64,000 nt of DNA from the human T2T-CHM13v2.0 reference genome, Homo sapiens, in assembly GCF_009914755.1 (NCBI RefSeq), contig NC_060934.1, one strand, 5' to 3'. The position numbers and the translations under genes are program-made. The notes under the pieces are model-generated. The model worked only from the letters and a program-made list of their open reading frames with translations. It ran no database searches and was not told the DNA's origin. Positions 26,413 through 42,040 of this stretch are shown piece by piece (position 1 is the stretch's first letter; each line of letters begins with the position of its first letter).

Positions 26413-26612
26413 CAGGAAGTCTTCCCTTAACATCATTGATAGGTACTTGGAAAATGTAACATTAAGGTAAAGGACGTATAACAAAGCCAGTTTTTGGGTT
26501 TTTTTTTTTCCCGTCAACATTGTAGGGGAACAACTATTCAAGAACCTTCTGTACCTCGGTTCACTTAAAGTCACAGTTCCAAGAACCTATCAATGACATT
26601 GAGGACTTACTG
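26413..26612. mobile_element. MER6B-like Tigger MITE with long terminal inverted repeats
   Basis: Arms CATTGATAGGTACTTGGAA / TTCCAAGAACCTATCAATG, TA flanks. Confidence 0.75.
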
Positions 26613-26872
26613 TATCTAAAATAGTCAAATTCATAGAATCAAAGAGTAGAATTTTTTTTTGTCAGGGTTTGGGGATACGGAGAAATGAGGAGATGCTATG
26701 CAGCAGGTTCCATGTATGCAAGATGATTAAATCCTAGAGCTCTCCTATGCAACATTGTATCCACAGTTAGCAATACTGTATTGTACACTTAAAAATTTGT
26801 CGGCTGGGCACGGTGGCTCACACCTGTAATCCTAGCACTTTGGGAGGCCGAGGTGGGCGGATCATGAGGTCA

Positions 26873-27078
<206 letters not shown>

Positions 27079-27349
27079 TCAAAAAAAGAAAAAAAATATT
27101 AACAGGGTATAGTTCATGTTAAATGTTCTTACCACAATAAAAAGGTGTGTAGAAGAAATATACTTTACATTCTCTTACATATATCTTACAATAACTAAGT
27201 TCATATATGCAACTGAAATTAAAATTTCTGCCGGGCACAGTGACTCATGCATGTAATCCCAGCACTTTGGGAGGCTGAGGCAGGTGGATCACCTGAGGTC
27301 TGGAGTTCGAGACCAGCCTGGCAAACATGGTGAATCCCCGCCTCTACTA

Positions 27350-27510
<161 letters not shown>

Positions 27511-28404
27511 TCAAAAAAAGAAAAAAAATTCATGAAGTAAAAAATAATAAAAATAAAAAAACAGACTTCTAAATAATATGTGGATTAAATGTCTTATGAG
27601 AAATTCAAAACTATATTGAATTGTGAAAATGCAACCTATCAAAATGTGTGGAGTAACCAAAGATAATATTATATTCTTTGCTTTAAAGTCATATACATAT
27701 TAAAGAAATCAAGAAGAAAAAAACCTTTTATATTTACCCAAACATGTACTGTTTCTGATGCTGTTTATTAGTTCTTTAAAATCTGAGTCTCTTTCTAATA
27801 TCATTTCTTTTCATCTATAAGAACTTTCTTTAGCATTTCATATAGTGAAGATCTGCTGGATACAAATTTTCTGTTTTCCTTTATCTGAAATGTCTGTTTT
27901 TAGCCTTCATTCTTTAGAGATACTTTTATTGGCTATATAATTCTAGATCAACCTTTCATTCTTTTAGAACTAAAAATATGTTTTTGCACTGTCTTCTACC
28001 TATGATTTAAATGTTTTTCCTTTTTTTTCAGTTTAACTCTCATATTTTTAGTCTTGGGTTTCTTCATATTCATTCATCTTGTTTGGGATTAAATATTATT
28101 TTTGTACAATTCTTTCTCTCCTTTCCTAGAACTCTAATTCCGTATAAATTAGACCTTTTGGTTGGTTCCAGAGTTAAATGTTCTATTTTTTTAATTGTTT
28201 ATTTCTATCTCATCTATACATTGGGCATTTTCTGTTGATTGTGCTTCAAATTTACTTACTTTTTGCTTTGCCATTTCTATTATACTATTAAATTTATCCA
28301 GTGAATTTTATATTTTATATTTTTATGTTCTAAAATTTCCAGTTGGGTCCGCAAAACTCATCCCAAGAAGTAGATTTTCTAGAATTGTCTTCTAAGTCCC
28401 AGCC

Positions 28405-28513
28405 TAGGATGACTGTCCCATTTTTACTGGGACTAAACGTTTTCCCAAGACTCAGGACTTTCAGTGCTAAAACTGGGGAAATTTTGGCAAACTGGGCAGA
28501 GTTGAGTACCCTA
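28405..28513. mobile_element. MER81-like hAT MITE
   Basis: TAGGATGAC...GTACCCTA termini, core GGACTTTCAGTGCTAAAAC. Confidence 0.7.
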
Positions 28514-28978
28514 AGTATGACACACATATGGCTATCTTGCCCACCTATTTAAAGTGTGATATTCAGTGGCTTTTAGGGTATTTACAGAGTTGTGCAACCA
28601 GACCATTATCTAATTCCAGAACATTTTCCCCACCCAAAAAAGAAACCCCTACCTATTAACAGTCACTCCTCATTCCCTCTGCCTCCAGACCCTGGCAACC
28701 ACTAATCTATTATACTTTCTGTCTCTATGGATTTGCCTACTCTGGATATTTCATATAAATGAATCACACAATATGTGGGACTTTATGTCTGGCTTCTTCA
28801 CTAGCTTAATGTCCTCAGGGTTTATCCATGTTGTAGCATGTGTCAGTACTTCATTACATGTTATTGCTGAATGATATTCTATTGTATGAATATGCCACAT
28901 TTTCTTTATCCTCTCAACAGCTGATGAATGTTTGGATTGGTCTTAGTTTTTGACTATAATCAATAATGCTGCTAGTAA

Positions 28979-29291
<313 letters not shown>

Positions 29292-29777
29292 GGATCCATT
29301 TACTTTTAATTCATCAGACAATCTTTTTGCCCTAAAGAGGTTGCTGTGAGCTCCCATATGTCTGTAACAAATTTCCAGAAACAAAGAAAGCTACTGCCAC
29401 TGCCAAATGCTCAGCCTGACAGCAAAATATACAGTCACTGATACTCAATATGATACCAGCCCTCTGCCTCTCAGAAATGAAGTTCTAGGTTATCATACCA
29501 AGCAAGCAACCTAGACCAGTTGATATGCTAGAAAATGGTGAGCCGAATCTAGAAAGGTTAGCCTGGGCCTTTCCAGCAAGACCCCATCTCTGCAAAAAAA
29601 ATTTTTTTAAATTAGCCAGGTGCTGTGGTGTGTCCCTGTAGTCCCACATACTTGGGAGGCTGAGGTGGGAAGATCTCTTGAGCTCCAGGAGTTCAAGGTT
29701 GCAGAGGTTAAATGTATATCCTGCATTCTGAAGGAGCACATACAGACCCTGCAGGGTATCATCTCCAGCTGATGAGC

Positions 29778-30070
29778 ATCTTAGTCATCTCAGGCTGCTG
29801 TAGCAAATTACCACAGACTAGGTGGCTTAAACAAAATTTATTTCCCACAGTTCTGGAGGCTGAGAAGTCCAAGAGCAAGGTGTTGGTAGATCACGTGTCT
29901 GCTGAGAGCCCACTGCCTTCATAGGTGGCCTTCTTGCTGTGACCTCACATGATAGAAGGGGCAAGGGAGCTCTCTGGAGCCTCTGTTATAAAAGCACTAA
30001 TCCCATTTGTGAGGGCTCCACCTTGCCTCCCAAAGACTCTGTCTCTAAATACCAAAACATTGGGGATTAG
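29778..30070 (-). mobile_element. MLT1-family MaLR LTR fragment
   Basis: GGCTGCTGTAGCAAATTACCACAGACTAGGTGGCTTAAAC and CACAGTTCTGGAGGCTG motifs. Confidence 0.75.
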
Positions 30071-31111
30071 TAACTTAGCCAGGGTTTTAAGAAGTCATTC
30101 CAATCTTCTATTATGAAAGCATCTTTTGGATGATGGAGCCATGGACTCAATGTTGTCCCTCCTTTGCTTTGAAATGGGCCCAATGGTTAAGAAAATATAC
30201 ATGGGATCCCAGGTCAGTCTATGAGGTACTTTGTGAGCCCTTCAATAGGTGTACCGGTAAATAAGCTGCAAGTAGAAAAGGAAGCTGATACCTCAAATAC
30301 TTGTCAGTCAAGGACAATGAATTACTGTAGGGTGGAAGGGGTCTGATGTAATCAGCTTGCTACCCACTGTCTAGCTAGTGACTCTCTGCGGTATGGTACT
30401 ATACTGAGAGCTTGGTTTCTGCTACTAGCTAGGTCAGATATATGGAAGCAGCCATGGCTAGATCAGCCTTGGTGAGAGAGAGTGCAAGTTGTCAGGTCCA
30501 TGCCCAGCCTTCATTTCTCCCACCATTACTATTCATGTAACAGGCTCATTGTGCAAATGCTGGGGTGGCTGATGACACAGCTGGCTGATGCCTACTGGGT
30601 GAGCCATTCTGTTGACCTAGTTGTTTGGTGTCTCCTCTCTGGTGAGTGCCTTCTCGTGGCAATAGACATAAGATACAAAGAACCATATACCTGTGTCCAC
30701 TCCTATGAGTCACCCAGGCTATCCTGTTTCCAATTTTCCAAACTTACTTTTCCTTCACTCCGAGTCAGCAAACAATTCATGTGTATTCATACTTCCACCA
30801 ATTTTTCCTACACCTAGTGTTGATAACAAGGTTTACTGTTGAAAGATATGCACACTGAGAGGACATCTCCTCACCACTGTCAGGTTCAGCCCTCAGAGGA
30901 TTGTAGGACAGCAACAGTTCATTATCTAACCCTCACTATTCCATTGAACTCATCCATCCATAAATTAGGCCTGAGTCCCTTCTCCATCAGCTGTCACAGG
31001 AAACCCCTACAGGCCACATGTGTGAGTGTGAGATAGGGGTGAGGCAGCAGTAGTAGGTAACATGGACTGGGCCACCTCTGCATAATGCACTCTGTGGACG
31101 TGGATCAGTTC

Positions 31112-31465
31112 TGTATCAGTCCATTTTCACACTGCTGATAAAGACATACCTGACACTGGGCAATTTACAAAAAAAAAGAAAAGGTTTAATGGACTCACAG
31201 TATCACGTGGCTAGGGAGGCCTCACAATCAGAAGGTGAAAGACACGTCTCACATGGCAACAGACAAGAGAAGAGAGCTTGTGCAGGGAAACTCCCTTATA
31301 ACCATTCAGATCTCGTGAGACTTATTCACTCTCATGAGAATAGCATGGGAAAGACCCACCCCCATGATTCAATTACCTCCCACTGGGTCCCTACCTCAAC
31401 AGGTGGGAATTGTGGGAGTTACAATTCAGATGAGATTTGGGTGGGGACACAGCCAAACCATATCA
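31112..31465 (-). mobile_element. THE1B solo LTR
   Basis: TGTATCAGTCC...AAACCATATCA, TSD AGTTC. Confidence 0.9.
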
Positions 31466-31504
31466 AGTTCTTTTCTGCTTTTGTTTTTAACACTGTTTTT
31501 TTTT

Positions 31505-33250
<1,746 letters not shown>

Positions 33251-34815
33251 TGAACTTATTCTTCCAAACTAACTGAAATTTTGTATCCTTTGACCAACAT
33301 CTCCCTAACCACACTCCAACCCTCACTGCAGCCCCTGGTGACTATTGTTCTATTCTCTACTTTATGAGTTCAACTTTTTAGATTCTGCATGTAAGTAATA
33401 TTATGTGGTATTTGTCTTTTACTTAATGTATTGTCCTCCAGAGTGTACCATTTCCATCATACAATAAATTACTGCTTCATCTATGAGCTCTATCATAAGG
33501 CTGGGTGCCTCTGACAATATCCAGTGCATGATGGCATGTCATTGCAGCGTCACTTCTTGTCTTGGTCAAACACTAAGAGTACCAGTAGTACTCCGAGAGC
33601 TGCTCTTCAAATGGAGATTTTTCCATTTGAGGAAAGAACCAGCCATAGAAACCTAGGAGTTTGCACTGTGACTGTCCCTATTGTGGTTTCCAAAGATTCC
33701 AGACAGCATTCTTACCTAACAAAACCACTGGATCTATGGCCTGAGCGGTAAAGTGGCTTACAGCACAGCCTGTTCCTTTCTGAAACAGTCCTCTTTGCCT
33801 CATAGCAGGCAGTAAATGGGCTGAGACAGTATTGCCAAGAGTGGCACACACTGTTTCCAAAGTCCAAAGCGGCCTGTCAATCGCCCTGCCTCTTTCTTAG
33901 TAGTAGACAGTGCAGGTGCAGTGACTTGTCCTTTGCCTTGGATGGATGTCTTAGCAGGTCCTAGAACCCTGTATCTCTGAAAGCTTCACTGATGTGCTAA
34001 GCCCCAGACTATATTTAGCATCTATTCCCCACCCTCTGCTGCTCCTGTTTCTGTCTGCAGCATCTAGAGTACTTGCCACTTGCTGTATCTCAGGTCAGAT
34101 TGATGTAATGTCATTAGTACTTGGATCCTGATGCTCTGAAAAATTGCATGATAAGGTCCTTGAGGGATAATTTGTGATGGAGAAAAGGAGAGTTAACATA
34201 GTCATGGGACAAGACGATAAGTATATATTGCTCTTCACCCAAGTGAAGCATTGTTGATCTTTTTCAGTCACATAAGCAATGTCCTCACTGGCTACTGCCT
34301 GTCCCCATAGTTACCACTCTGGCCCTGCTGTCCTTTATAGTATTTCTACCCACTTTGCTTTTGACTGTTAGTGCTTCCTAATAGAATTTTGTCATCTCCA
34401 CTGGCATTTGGGAGTCCGTTTCACAACGCATCTCATGTCACTATGAATTGTGGCCAATAGAAGACAGTCAACGCACTTGTGCACTCTTTATCACTTTGGT
34501 GTCCCCTGGGCCCTGTGGGTAGCACATCAGTCAGGAGTCCTCTACCCTTATGTAGTAAAACCATTATAAAATGTCCATGACTAGAGTCATCTGACCCTCA
34601 CCTCAGTACAGTCCTCAATTTCATTTTTTAAGGATTACTTTAGTCAATGAATTTATTTTCATCTGAAGGGCCTTTACAATTTAACTTGTTTTATTATTTG
34701 TTCCAAAGTAAGAAATAAATAATGGACCACACATTGTGGTAATTTTTAGCCATGGTTTTATTCTTGTAACATATTTATTCATGATTAAGGATGTAAATAT
34801 AGGAAATGGTCATCT

Positions 34816-35326
34816 TGTGTTACCCTACATTGTTTTAACCTGATGGTTTCTCTTAGCTGAGAGAGCCAGACAGACTCCATTTTAGTTCCTTCACTTACAG
34901 CCCCCCTTCCTTAAAGGTATGACGAATGCAAGCTGACTCCAAGCACATCCAGGAATGCACTTGCTGATAAGATATAGAGGCAAGCTGTATAAGCAGCTCC
35001 TGGGGACGTGCTTGTTGGATGGTACCCAAAGCCCCTACATCATCTCTTTATGATAGTTTAAGCCCCTGCATCTGGAACTGTTTATGTTTCTGCAACTATC
35101 TCTGTAACCATTAATTTTTTAACTTTTTGCCTACTCTGCTTCTGTAAAAATTGTTTCAGCTAAACTCCCCCTCCCCTATTTAGACCAAGGTATAAAAATA
35201 AATCTAGCCCCTTCCTCAGGGCCGAGAGAATTTTGAGTGCTAGCCGTCTCTCGGTCACCAGCAATAAAGGACTCCTGAATTAGTCTCAGAGTGTGGCGTT
35301 TCTCTACAACTCACTCGGTTACAACA
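34816..35326 (+). promoter_or_regulatory. 5' LTR (LTR6A/B-type), 511 bp
   Basis: TGTG...ACAACA termini; TATAAA 35191-35196; AATAAA 35263-35268; first 90 nt repeated at 43890. Confidence 0.92.
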
Positions 35327-35328
35327 TT

Positions 35329-35346
35329 TGGAGGCCCCAGCGAGAT
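35329..35346 (+). promoter_or_regulatory. Primer binding site for tRNA-Thr
   Basis: TGGAGGCCCCAGCGAGAT is the complement of the tRNA-Thr(TGT) 3' end ATCTCGCTGGGGCCTCCA, 2 nt after the LTR. Confidence 0.93.
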
Positions 35347-35534
35347 GCGCCACCGGGTGAAGACCAGACTTGTTCCGGGCTCCCCTGGACAGATGGAGGG
35401 CTTATAGGGGAGGCACCCCCTGAAGACGTTCCAGGGCCCCGTGGGCCACTGTATTCCGGAGGGGAGTGGATTGACTGCCGGGATTGACTGCCCAACCAAA
35501 TCCAACTCCTGAGTGCTCAGTCTCTGGTCCCAGA

Positions 35535-35543
35535 AAGGTAAGT
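35535..35543 (+). promoter_or_regulatory. Proviral major splice donor
   Basis: AAG|GTAAGT, perfect consensus, ~200 nt after the PBS as in gammaretroviruses. Confidence 0.75.
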
Positions 35544-36857
35544 CAGATCTGACTCTGTTTCTCTGGGAGGGAAATGGCCCTGACGAGGGTCCTCCCTCAG
35601 ACTCTGTCCACACTCCAGGATGCTGGAAGGCAGGGTCCTGGTTTCCGTCAGGCTTCTCTGTTAAGTCTAGTCTCTTGCTCTCTCTCTCTTTTTGTCTCTC
35701 TCTCTTTTTCTCTATCTCCTTCTCTTGTTCAGGTCTCTAGGAGATCTGTTTTAGAATGGGAATAAAAAATATTGTAATAAACTCTGTGTGAGTGAGTGAG
35801 TGAATTTGGAGTTCAAGGGCTTGTGCTTGAATTTCCAGTTTGTAGCTCCACAGCAAAAGCTATGGAGTTCGAGAGGGCCCTCACCTGCAGTTCTGTGGTG
35901 ACCTATAAGCCTTAGGGCAGCATGGGGCATAGCTCGATCTGAGCCAGGGGTTTATACCAGTCTGCCAATGCCAAGAGGAGCCTAAGTCCCTGCAAGGAGA
36001 GTGGCCAGGTGGGCATCTGATTATCCCATCATGAGACTCCCTCCCCTTGTCTGTGTATAAAAATTGTCATACTTGTTTTTATACCCTAGTGTCTATTGTC
36101 CTGTTTTGTGTCTGTCTGAATTTTATATGTCCGGTCGCCAATACTGCCCATGATGACTGGGCAAGGACTTCTTCAAGGTCCTCAGTACAGATTTTCTATC
36201 CCAGGAGGTCAAGTCTCTCATCAGTCATTTGGGCTGGCCATCCCAGTCCTGCCTTTTCTGTCAGAAACTAATCAGATGTTGTTATGGGGAGGGGTGTGGA
36301 AGACATTCGCCCATTTGGGATTTTGGCATCATAAAGATTGCTGCCATTTAGATTGCCATACTCCATGCCCCAATGACTGGTCTACCTCCTCCTTAGACCA
36401 GTGATGGATCCAAAATAGCCACCCTGCAGACTTCCTTGCTCACCTTTTCTGTCATCCCATAACTTTTCCAGTGCCCTTAAATAACACACTATGTAGAGAA
36501 ACCTATGCCTGTGCTGCTTTACTCTGTCTGGACCCTTATTCTATCCCCCTGTGGCTACTCTCCTACCTTAGGAAAGATCTGAGTGGCCCCTTTCCTCCTT
36601 ACCCCCATCCCTTAACCCACACAGCTCGTTTTCCTGTGTCACAGCAAGTCCAGCACCTCCAAGACTTGGCTCTGCTCTCCATCCTAAAACCCTTAAAAGA
36701 AAGGGCTGAGTTTGAACTTTTTGCCTTTGAGTCGGGGAGACACCAAAGATATTTGGCTATAAGTCAAAAAGGAAGGGGGGGGTCACATAGGTCCCACTGG
36801 CCTCAGACCCACCTCTTGTCCTCTCTCTAGATCTCAAAGCTTAAAGAGACAGATCTT

Positions 36858-36974
36858 ATGTGGCAAGAAATGTTGGCTATAGTTGTTTTCCTACTTCTTC
36901 TGGTTATAATACTTCTGTTCTTCCAATACTACAGCCCCCCAGGCCATGAATATCTCTGTCTGTGCTGGGTTTAA
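36858..36974 (+). CDS. Putative pre-gag 38-aa single-pass membrane micropeptide MWQEMLAIVVFLLLLVIILLFFQYYSPPGHEYLCLCWV
   Basis: Hand-translated intact ATG..TAA ORF with an 18-residue hydrophobic run; polypyrimidine/AG acceptor at 36811-36830 just upstream. Confidence 0.4.
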   Translation: MWQEMLAIVVFLLLLVIILLFFQYYSPPGHEYLCLCWV

Positions 36975-37008
36975 TATTTCTGCTTAAACCTTGTTAATTG
37001 CCTCCAGA

Positions 37009-38581
37009 ATGGGAAACTCTTCTTCCTGGCCCCGTAGAGATTACAGCCCTCTCCAATGTATGTTGCAGAATTTCTCTCTGGGCTTCTCAGAGGATTACGG
37101 AGTCCACCTTAAGAAAGGCAAACTCCAGACACTCTGTGAAGTAGAATGGCCACAGTTTGGAACTGGGTGGCACCCAGAAGGGTCATTAAACCTCACAACT
37201 GTTCAGGCTGTGTGGCGGGTCATGGCTGGAACTCCCGGACACCCTGATCAGTTTCCTTACATTGATCAATGGCTAGATTTGGTCCAGAGCCCTCCTCCAT
37301 GGCTCCGCTCACGTGCCATTCATGATCCCACCTCCAAGGTCCTTTTGAGCTGGACCACACTTTTGCCCCAACCCTCAGCGCCTTCGGCTCCTCCTGTACA
37401 GTCTCCTTCTGAAGAAGAGGAAAGTTCTCTTCACCCATTTCTGCCTCCCTATAACCCTCCTGCCCACCCCCCCCCGCCGCCCCAGAATATTTCCTTGTCT
37501 CCTCGACTACATCCCCTGTGGCCTCTCCACCTATAGCCACCCAATTACGGCATCGGCTGGAGGAGGTGGCCCTCCTTCTCCCACTGACAGAGGCCCAAAT
37601 CCCTCTGGGCAATGAGCGCTCTGCTCCATTTTTAGTTTATGTCCCCTTCTCTGCTTCTGACCTGTACAACTGGAAGGCTCATAATCCCCCCTTTTCTGAA
37701 AAGCCCCAGGTCTTGACCTCACTGATGGAGTCCGTGCTCCGGAATCACCGGCCCACCTGGGATGACTGTCAGCAACTTCTTTTAACCCTTTTCACCTCTG
37801 AAGAGAGGGACCATATCCGAAGAAAGGTCAGAAAGTATTTCCTCACATCAGCTGGTAGACCAGAGGAGGAAGCCCGGGACCTCCTTGAGGAGACTTTTCC
37901 CTCTACCTGGCCTGATTGGGATACAAAATCCTCGGGTGGGAAGAGAGCTTTGGATAATTTTCACTGGTATGTCCTTGTGGGTATCAAGGGAGCCACTCAA
38001 AAACCCATGAATCTGTCCAAGACAACTGAAGCTGTCCAGGGGCCTAATGAGTCACCAGGAGTGTTTCTAGAACGCCTCCTGGAGGCCTATCAGATTTACA
38101 CCCCTTTTGACCCGGAGGCTCCCGAGAATAGCCGTGCTATTAATTTGGCATTTGTGACTCAGGTAGCCCCTGATATTATAAGAAAATTACAAAAGCTGGA
38201 AGGATTTGCTGGAATGAACAGCAGCCAACTTTTCAAATAGCCCAGAAAGTTTTTGACAATTGAGAGTTTGAAAGGCAAAAACAGGTAGCTCAGGCAGCTG
38301 AAAAGGCTGCTGACAAAGCATCAAAAAGACAGGCAAAGATCTTAGTGGCTGCCATCCAAGGAAGCAAGAAGGCAGGGCCCCCATCACAGAGCACCAGCCA
38401 GGGGACCCCAGGTCCCCACCAGAAAGGCCAAAAAGGTGAGCAGGCTCCCCTACAAAGAAACCAATGTGCTTATTGCAAACAAATTGGACACAGGAAAAAA
38501 GAATGCTCATTAAAACCAGAGGAAAAACAAGAGAAGAAAAAGGTCCTCACCCTCCCTGCTGTGGATGAATCTGAAGATTGA
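37009..38581 (+). pseudogene. gag: HERV-T gag (MA-p12-CA-NC), frameshifted
   Basis: MGNSSS myristoylation start, PSAP and LPPY late-domain motifs, MHR QGPNESPGVFLERLLEAY, zinc knuckle CAYCKQIGHRKKEC; frameshifts near 37470 and 38235. Confidence 0.93.
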
Positions 38582-41500
38582 CAGGGCCGGGGCTGCCACT
38601 TCCTTCACCCCCAGGAGCCCTTGGTGACTGCCACAGTGGGGGCCCAGCCTGTATGCTTCCTAATCGACACTGGGGCGGAAGACTTGGTACTGCAAACACC
38701 CTTGGGCAGTGTCTCTAATAAAAAGGTGGCTGTGCAAGGGACTTCATAAGCTTCATAAGCTGCAGGCATCCATCTCCTTCTCAGCCCAATAAGCTCACCT
38801 CACATTAGGGGACCCAACACCCTCTACCACCCAGCTCCTGCTAACCACCCCTTTGTCAGAGGAATATCTCTTAGTTTCACCCTCACAACCGCTGGAGAAT
38901 AAAACTAATCCTCTCCTACTGGATTTACAGACTCTCTTTCCTCAAGTCTGGGCCAAGTCAAACCCCCCCAGGACTGGCAAAGCACCATCTGCCAGTAGTT
39001 GTAGAACTCCTGGCCACTGCCCTGCCAGTCCAGGTAAAACAATATCCTATGAGTCAGTGGGCTAGAGAGGGAATCAATCCCCATATTCAGTCTGCCTGGA
39101 ATACTCCATTTTTGCTGGTCCAGAAACCTGGAACAAATGATTACCGGCCTGTACAGGACTTGCAGGAAGTTAACAAGTGGACAGTCACTGTCCATCCAAC
39201 TGTCCCTAACCCTTATATTTTACTCGGCCTGCTTCCACCAGAACATACAGCATACACTGTTCTTGACTTAAAGGATGCTTTCTTTGCTATTCCTCTGGCC
39301 CCTAAAAGCCAACCTATATTTGCTTCTGAATGGATGGACCCTGGCTCAGGAGACACCACTCAATTAACCTGGACTTGGTTACCCCAGGGTTTAAAAAATT
39401 CCCCCACCCTTTTTGGGGAAGCCCTCCAACAAGATCTTATACCGTTCTGAGCCAGTCACCCTAACTGCACGCTTCTCCAGTACATAGACGACCTGTTTTT
39501 GGCTACTGAAACCACTGACAGCTGCCTGCAACATACTAGGGACCTACTTTACCTCCTTCAGGAACTCGGGTATTGGGTCTCAGCCAAGAAGGCCCAGCTT
39601 TGTCTTCCCAGACTTTTCTACCTAGGATACAAGATAAACAAGGGAGAAAGGGCACTTGCCACTGCTCGAAAGGAAGCCATCCTGCAAATCCCCACTCCCA
39701 CCACTAGGAGATGGGTACATGAATTCTTAGGGGCTGTGGGATACTGTCGTTTATGGATATTGGGGTTCGCAGAAATCACCAAGCCCCTGTACACCACTAC
39801 CAGAGGGAATGGCCCACTAGTTTGGACTGACAAAGAACAGGCTTTTCAAAATCTAAAGAAGGCATTAACTGAGGTCCCTGCTCTTGCCCTCCCAAATATC
39901 TCAGAACCATTTCATCTTTTTGTTCATGAAAGCCAGGGAGTCACTAAAAGGGTACTCACTCAAACTTTAGGACCATGGTGATGCCCGGTGGCCTATTTGT
40001 CTAAGATACTGGACCCTGTGGCCTCCGGGTGACCAAGTTGTCTGTGAGCCATAGCGGCAAAAGCAAGCCTGGTCCAGGAGGCTGATAAACTGACTCTGGG
40101 CCAGAATTTAACCCTTATGGCTCCTCATGCCATAGAGACTTTGCTACAAAGGGCCTCTGGCAAATGGATGTCGAATGCTCACATCCTGCAGTATCAGAGT
40201 TTACTGTTAGATCAGCCTTGGTTAACTTTCTCTCCCACAAGGTGTTTAAATCCAGCTACCTTTCTCCCTGATCCAGACCTTACCACACCTGTCCATGACT
40301 GCCAAGAACTGTTAGAGACTACATAAACTGGCCGACCTGATCTCCAAGATGTGCCTCTAAAGGAGGTGGACTCCACTCTGTTTACTGACAGCAGCAGCTT
40401 CCTTGAACAGGGAGTAGGAAAGGCTGGTGCAGCCGTTACTATGGAGACAGATGTACTGTGGGCCCAGGCACTGCCGGCAGGTACCTCAGCACAGAAGGCT
40501 GAATTGGTCACCTTCACTCAGGCTCTCTGATGGGGTAAGGACAAACGTATTAACATCTACACTGACAGCAGGTATGTTTTTCCTACTGTACATGTACACA
40601 AAGCCATCTATCAAGAGTGAGGGCTACTCACCAGGAAAGACTATTAAAAACAAAGAAGAAATTTTGGCCCTGCTTGAAGCTGTTTGGCTTCCTCCGCAGG
40701 TGGCTGTAATTCACTGCAAATGTCATCAAACAGAAGGCATGGCTATTGCCTGTGGTAACCAAAAAGCAGGCTCTGCAGCTCGAGAGGCAGCTTGGCTCCC
40801 AGTCACGCCTTTGACCCTGCTGCCCACTGTGTCCTTTCCGCAACCTGACCTACCAGACCACCCACAATACTCCCCAGAGGAAGAAAAACAAGCTTCAGAT
40901 CTTTGGGCCAGTAAATATCAGGAAGGTTGGTGGATTCTTCCTGATTCCAGAATCTTTATGCCCCAAGCCCCTGGGGAAACTTTAATCAATCATCTGCATT
41001 CTGCCACCCATTTGGGAGGAATAAAACTGGCCCAGCTTCTTAGGAGCCATTTCAACATCCCCCACCTTCAGGACTTAACTAACCAAGCAGCTCTCTGGTG
41101 TATGGCTTGTGCTCAGGTAAACACCAAACAAGGTCCTAAGCCCAGCTCAGTCCACCGCCTCCAGGGAGGCTCTCCCCGAGAAAGGTGGGAAGTTGACTTT
41201 ACAGAAATAAAACCACACTGGGCAGGGTATAAATACCTCCTAGTGCTAATAGACACCTTTTCGGGATGGACTAAGGCATTTACCACTGGAAACGAAACTG
41301 CCACCATGGTAGTTAGGCTTTTACTCATTAAAATCATCTCTCAACATGGGCTGCCTGTTGCCATAGGGTCTGATAATGGACCAGCCTTCACCTCGTCCAT
41401 GGCTCAGTCAGTCAGCAAGGCATTAAACATTAAATGGAAACTCCATTGCACCTATTGACCCCAGAGCTCTGGACAGGTAGAACGCATGAACCACACAATA

Positions 41501-42040
41501 AAAAGTACTCTTACTAAGTTAATCCTAGAGACCAGTGAGAATTGGGTAAAGCTCCTTCCTTTAGCCCTTCTTAGAGTAAGATACACCACTTACTGGGCTG
41601 GGTTTTCACCTTTTGAAATCATGTATGGAAGGGCTCCGCCTATCTTGCCTAAGCTAAGGGATACCAATTTAGCAGAAATCTCACAAGCTAATTTGTTCAG
41701 TACCTGCAGTCTCTCCAACAGGTATGAGACACCATCCAGCCACTTGTCCAGGGAGCACACTCCAATCCAGTTCCTGACCAGACTGGGCCCTGCCACTTTT
41801 TCCAGCCAGGTGACTTAGTATAGGTTAAAAAGTTCCAGAAGGAAGGATTCACTCCTGCCTGAAAAGGACCTCATACTGTCATCCTCACCACGCCGATGGC
41901 TCTGAAAGTGGATGGCATTCCTTCTTGGATTCATCACTGTCACATCAAAAAGGCGAACAAAGCCCAGCAAGAAACATGGATCCCCAAGCCTGGGCCATGC
42001 CCCTTAAAACTGCGCATAAGTCAAGTGAAGCCATCGGATT
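38582..42040 (+). pseudogene. pol: HERV-T pro-pol (protease, RT, RNase H, integrase), multiple stops, frameshifts and deletions
   Basis: FLIDTGA in frame after the gag stop; [20 protein letters not shown] (39481-39492); RNase H FTDSSS; integrase HHCC and VDFTE / SDNGP. Confidence 0.93.

Noticed and set aside
26413-26612. Strong hairpin resembling a pre-miRNA
   Set aside because: Explained by the terminal inverted repeats of a MER6B-like MITE.
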